Source of the DNA: a virus
Taxonomy: Duplodnaviria; Caudoviricetes
Direction: 5' to 3' (one strand)
DNA: 28,226 nucleotides
IMG/VR virus record: IMGVR_UViG_3300046804_005150
Location: 1 to 28,226 of that record
In this document: in pieces, positions 25,672 to 28,226 of the stretch
Numbering within the stretch: position 1 is the first letter of the stretch
Layout: each line of letters starts with the position of its first letter
Program-made: the position numbers and the translations under genes
The notes under the pieces: generated by a model
Told to the model about the DNA's origin: nothing
The model's database searches: none
Seen by the model: only the letters and a program-made list of their open reading frames with translations

Positions 25672-25839
25672 ATGGAAGTAGACAAAATGAGTCACACAAA
25701 ATCAAAGATATTGGACGATCTTGAATACTGGCATAAAAAGTTGGAGCGGTTTGAAAAGACAAACAACCAAGAAGGAATCAAGGTCGCAAAATTGATGATT
25801 GACAAATACCTCGACTCATATAATGATGCTATTATATGA
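25672..25839 (+). CDS. small hypothetical protein, 55 aa (MEVDKMSHTKSKILDDLEYWHKKLERFEKTNNQEGIKVAKLMIDKYLDSYNDAII)
   Basis: Translated by hand; below the track cutoff. Its TGA overlaps the next ATG (ATGA 25836-25839). Confidence 0.72.
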   Translation: MEVDKMSHTKSKILDDLEYWHKKLERFEKTNNQEGIKVAKLMIDKYLDSYNDAII

Positions 25840-26189
25840 AACTCGCGATCATAGGAAGCAGAGACTTCAATGATTATGACAAGGTGGTACATTACGTGGA
25901 TTTCCACTTCTGTATCGACTCCAATCGTGTTGACGAGATTGTCAGCGGCGGAGCCAAAGGTGCAGATGCTCTTGGTAAGAAATTTGCCAATGAATTCAAA
26001 CTAAAATACACAGAATTTCCCGCCGATTGGAATAAACACGGCAAATCCGCTGGATATATTCGTAACGAGCAGATCATCAAGCATTCGGATAAAGTAATTG
26101 CTTTTTGGGATGGAAAATCAAAAGGCACAATGCATTCGATTAATCTTGCCAGAAAACACAAAAAGGATACTATCATTATTTATGTATAA
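25836..26189 (+). CDS. SLOG-superfamily protein (YspA/DUF2493-like)
   Basis: IIGSRDF, VSGGAKGAD, ADW..HGKSAGYIRN and AFWDGKSKGT motifs. Confidence 0.88.
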   Translation: MKLAIIGSRDFNDYDKVVHYVDFHFCIDSNRVDEIVSGGAKGADALGKKFANEFKLKYTEFPADWNKHGKSAGYIRNEQIIKHSDKVIAFWDGKSKGTMHSINLARKHKKDTIIIYV

Positions 26190-26541
26190 ACTATTTTTAG
26201 ACGATATCAGAGATCCAAAAGTTGTGAATTGGGTAAAATTACCAGAAGGACCGTGGGTAATTGTTCGTAACTACAATCAATTCGTTGATTATATCACAAA
26301 AAACGGATTGCCAGAATTTATTACGTTTGATCACGATCTTGGAGAAGAACATTATATTGTTGGGAAGCCGAAGTATGATGAATATAAAGAAAAAACAGGC
26401 TATGATTGTGCCAAGTGGCTGATTGAATATTGTATGGACAATAACCAGTCATTTCCAGATTATATTGTTCACAGTATGAATCCCATCGGTGCAATGAATA
26501 TTCGTAGCATTGCTGAAAACTTCAGAAATACAATCAAGTGA
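26182..26541 (+). CDS. cyclic-phosphate-processing receiver-domain protein
   Basis: LFLDDIR, FDHDLG, TGYD and HSMNPIG motifs; start ATG 26182. Confidence 0.82.
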   Translation: MYKLFLDDIRDPKVVNWVKLPEGPWVIVRNYNQFVDYITKNGLPEFITFDHDLGEEHYIVGKPKYDEYKEKTGYDCAKWLIEYCMDNNQSFPDYIVHSMNPIGAMNIRSIAENFRNTIK

Positions 26542-27188
26542 AACGCATTTCATTAAATAGCAAGGACCAAAAGATCTGGTTTGTATCCGATCTTCATTTG
26601 GGTCACGACAAGCCATTCATACTTGGTCCTCGCAATTATAAAAATATCAACGAGGCATATCAACATACTCATGAAATGATTCAAGAGCATGTTGGTCCCA
26701 ATGACATTTTGTTCAATCTCGGTGATATGGTGATTGGGGCAAGAGACAATTCACTTTCATACGCACAACGAATTGTTCACTACCCATGCAAGCATCAATA
26801 CTTCATTTGGGGAAACCACAATGCTGGTATTCAACAGATGTATGACGATTGTCGCAGTCAACTTGGATTGCTTGCCGATGACATTGAAATATATCCACTC
26901 AACTATCCCAATAGTCCATTTACATTCCTTGGACATTATGCCGAAATTTGGATTGATGACACAAGTATTGTGCTTACACATTATCCAATCGCTTCGTGGA
27001 ATAGAATAAGCAAGGGTGCTTATCATCTGCATGGGCATTGCCATCGCAATCTCAAAGAAGACTTAACGCTCAATAGAATTGATGTTGGATGGGAATGGAA
27101 ATGCAGACCAGTCGAATGGAGTGAAATTGTAAGAGAATTAAGTCCAAGAAAAATAGTTTCACCAGATCATCATGGAAAGGATGAATAA
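26538..27188 (+). CDS. calcineurin-like metallophosphoesterase
   Basis: SDLHLGH, LGD, GNHN, THYP and HGHCH motifs; GTGA overlap start. Confidence 0.9.
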   Translation: MKRISLNSKDQKIWFVSDLHLGHDKPFILGPRNYKNINEAYQHTHEMIQEHVGPNDILFNLGDMVIGARDNSLSYAQRIVHYPCKHQYFIWGNHNAGIQQMYDDCRSQLGLLADDIEIYPLNYPNSPFTFLGHYAEIWIDDTSIVLTHYPIASWNRISKGAYHLHGHCHRNLKEDLTLNRIDVGWEWKCRPVEWSEIVRELSPRKIVSPDHHGKDE

Positions 27189-27191
27189 CTT

Positions 27192-27674
27192 ATGAAAACT
27201 CTAATACACAAAGACGGAAATCTACTAACCGCAACAGATGTTCAGGTTATTGGCCATCAAGCAAACTGTCAAAACACATTCGGAGCAGGTATTGCCAAAA
27301 GCATCAAAGATATGTATCCCAAGGCATATCACGCAGATACTATGGCATACAAAGATGGCAAGGCCGTTCTTGGAAACTTTAGTTTTTGCCATTTAGATAA
27401 TGGACCGTTCAAGAAAATATTTAATTTGTATGGACAGAACCTTTATGGCAAGGGAAAGCGTCAAACAAACTACGATGCTCTTTATAACGCCCTCGAAGGG
27501 ATGAAGAATCATCTCGTTGATAATGATGAAGACCTTCCACTTCCAGATGTTGGATTTCCATATCTTATGGGATGTGGGCTTGGTGGAGGAGATTGGCGAA
27601 TTGTGGAAAGACTAATTGAAGTTGCTTTCCACAATTACGATGGTCATGTGTTTATCTATAGATTTAAATCTTAA
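27192..27674 (+). CDS. macrodomain protein (ADP-ribose processing; DarG/Poa1p-like)
   Basis: GNLL, HQANC..FGAGIA, NLYGQ and FP..GCGLGGGDW motifs. Confidence 0.9.
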   Translation: MKTLIHKDGNLLTATDVQVIGHQANCQNTFGAGIAKSIKDMYPKAYHADTMAYKDGKAVLGNFSFCHLDNGPFKKIFNLYGQNLYGKGKRQTNYDALYNALEGMKNHLVDNDEDLPLPDVGFPYLMGCGLGGGDWRIVERLIEVAFHNYDGHVFIYRFKS

Positions 27675-27677
27675 CAC

Positions 27678-28226
27678 TTACTTAATAAGTGTAAACTTCA
27701 GGTTTCTTATCAACACATCATTGTCTATACCATAAGCAAAGAAGTTTATATCAAACTTGTTGATGCTTGGCAATGCTGTCGTGATATTTCCAAGTTTTCC
27801 AAGTGTCATACTAAACGTATGAGATGCATCTGGATTTGTTGTGCTTGGATCACCATCAAGAATCTTGATACGACCAATATATGTCTTGCCAACATATACT
27901 TTGATTACTGCTCTACCCTTATGGGATATTGGTCCAGTTTCTATATCAAGTAGTGATATTCCACCTTCTACCGCAGAAGATATCAACTCCTTCAAGCTTT
28001 GACTCGGTTCTAATGTAAAATTAAGACCCGACTTTGCAGCTGTATTCTTGTTAATAGGAACAACTATAGACTTGGTGGAGCTAATCTTGTATCTTGCTGC
28101 CAGCTTTGCTTTGGCGTTCTGTGGTTGCTGATATGACACTGTTTGTGTCCACAGCATAATATCTTTTACAGACACGCTTACAGGAGTACCATCCAAGTTT
28201 GGATATACATATCGCTGTTGGCCCCA
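27678..28226 (-). CDS. hypothetical protein, 5'-truncated by the window edge
   Basis: The frame stays open upstream of TTG 28196 to the window end (WGQQRYVYPNLDGTPV...). Confidence 0.7.
   Translation of the reverse strand, partial: WGQQRYVYPNLDGTPVSVSVKDIMLWTQTVSYQQPQNAKAKLAARYKISSTKSIVVPINKNTAAKSGLNFTLEPSQSLKELISSAVEGGISLLDIETGPISHKGRAVIKVYVGKTYIGRIKILDGDPSTTNPDASHTFSMTLGKLGNITTALPSINKFDINFFAYGIDNDVLIRNLKFTLIK

Noticed and set aside
99-27044. Numerous antisense or alternate-frame ORFs in the track (for example 416-865, 13928-14443, 22823-23185, 25892-26176)
   Set aside because: They are shadows of well-supported genes and have no motifs or expression signals.
1-28226. Stop-codon reassignment
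   Set aside because: Recognisable genes are full length in code 11, and TAA, TGA and TAG (for example 6605-6607) all end genes at sensible positions.

Overview
This AT-rich 28 kb window looks like part of a large lytic, T4-like or jumbo dsDNA phage using the standard genetic code. The host is probably Gram-negative: the window encodes an outer-membrane beta-barrel and carries sigma70-type TTGACW promoters. From left to right it holds GMP reductase and a C-terminally extended dUTPase, then a ~14 kb minus-strand block of 10 glycosyltransferases and 5 SAM methyltransferases with no export or nucleotide-sugar synthesis genes. Next come an RHH protein, a Cas4/AddB-like nuclease, a dNMP kinase, a gp62-like clamp-loader subunit, an HNH nuclease, an Rnl1-like RNA ligase, UvsE and the beta-barrel. 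The ORF-free gap at 24950-25670 holds a complete tmRNA (24963-25356, minus) with an unusually long, basic 27-residue tag. Nine nt upstream of it lies an unassigned ~173-nt multi-stem RNA (25366-25538). Divergent from these RNAs is an operon of small ORF, SLOG, cyclic-phosphate-processing receiver domain, metallophosphoesterase and macrodomain. The best novelty candidates are the unassigned ncRNA paired with tmRNA, a putative translation-rescue/RNA-repair island, and the glycan-modification block. All family calls come from motif recognition by eye; no searches were run.
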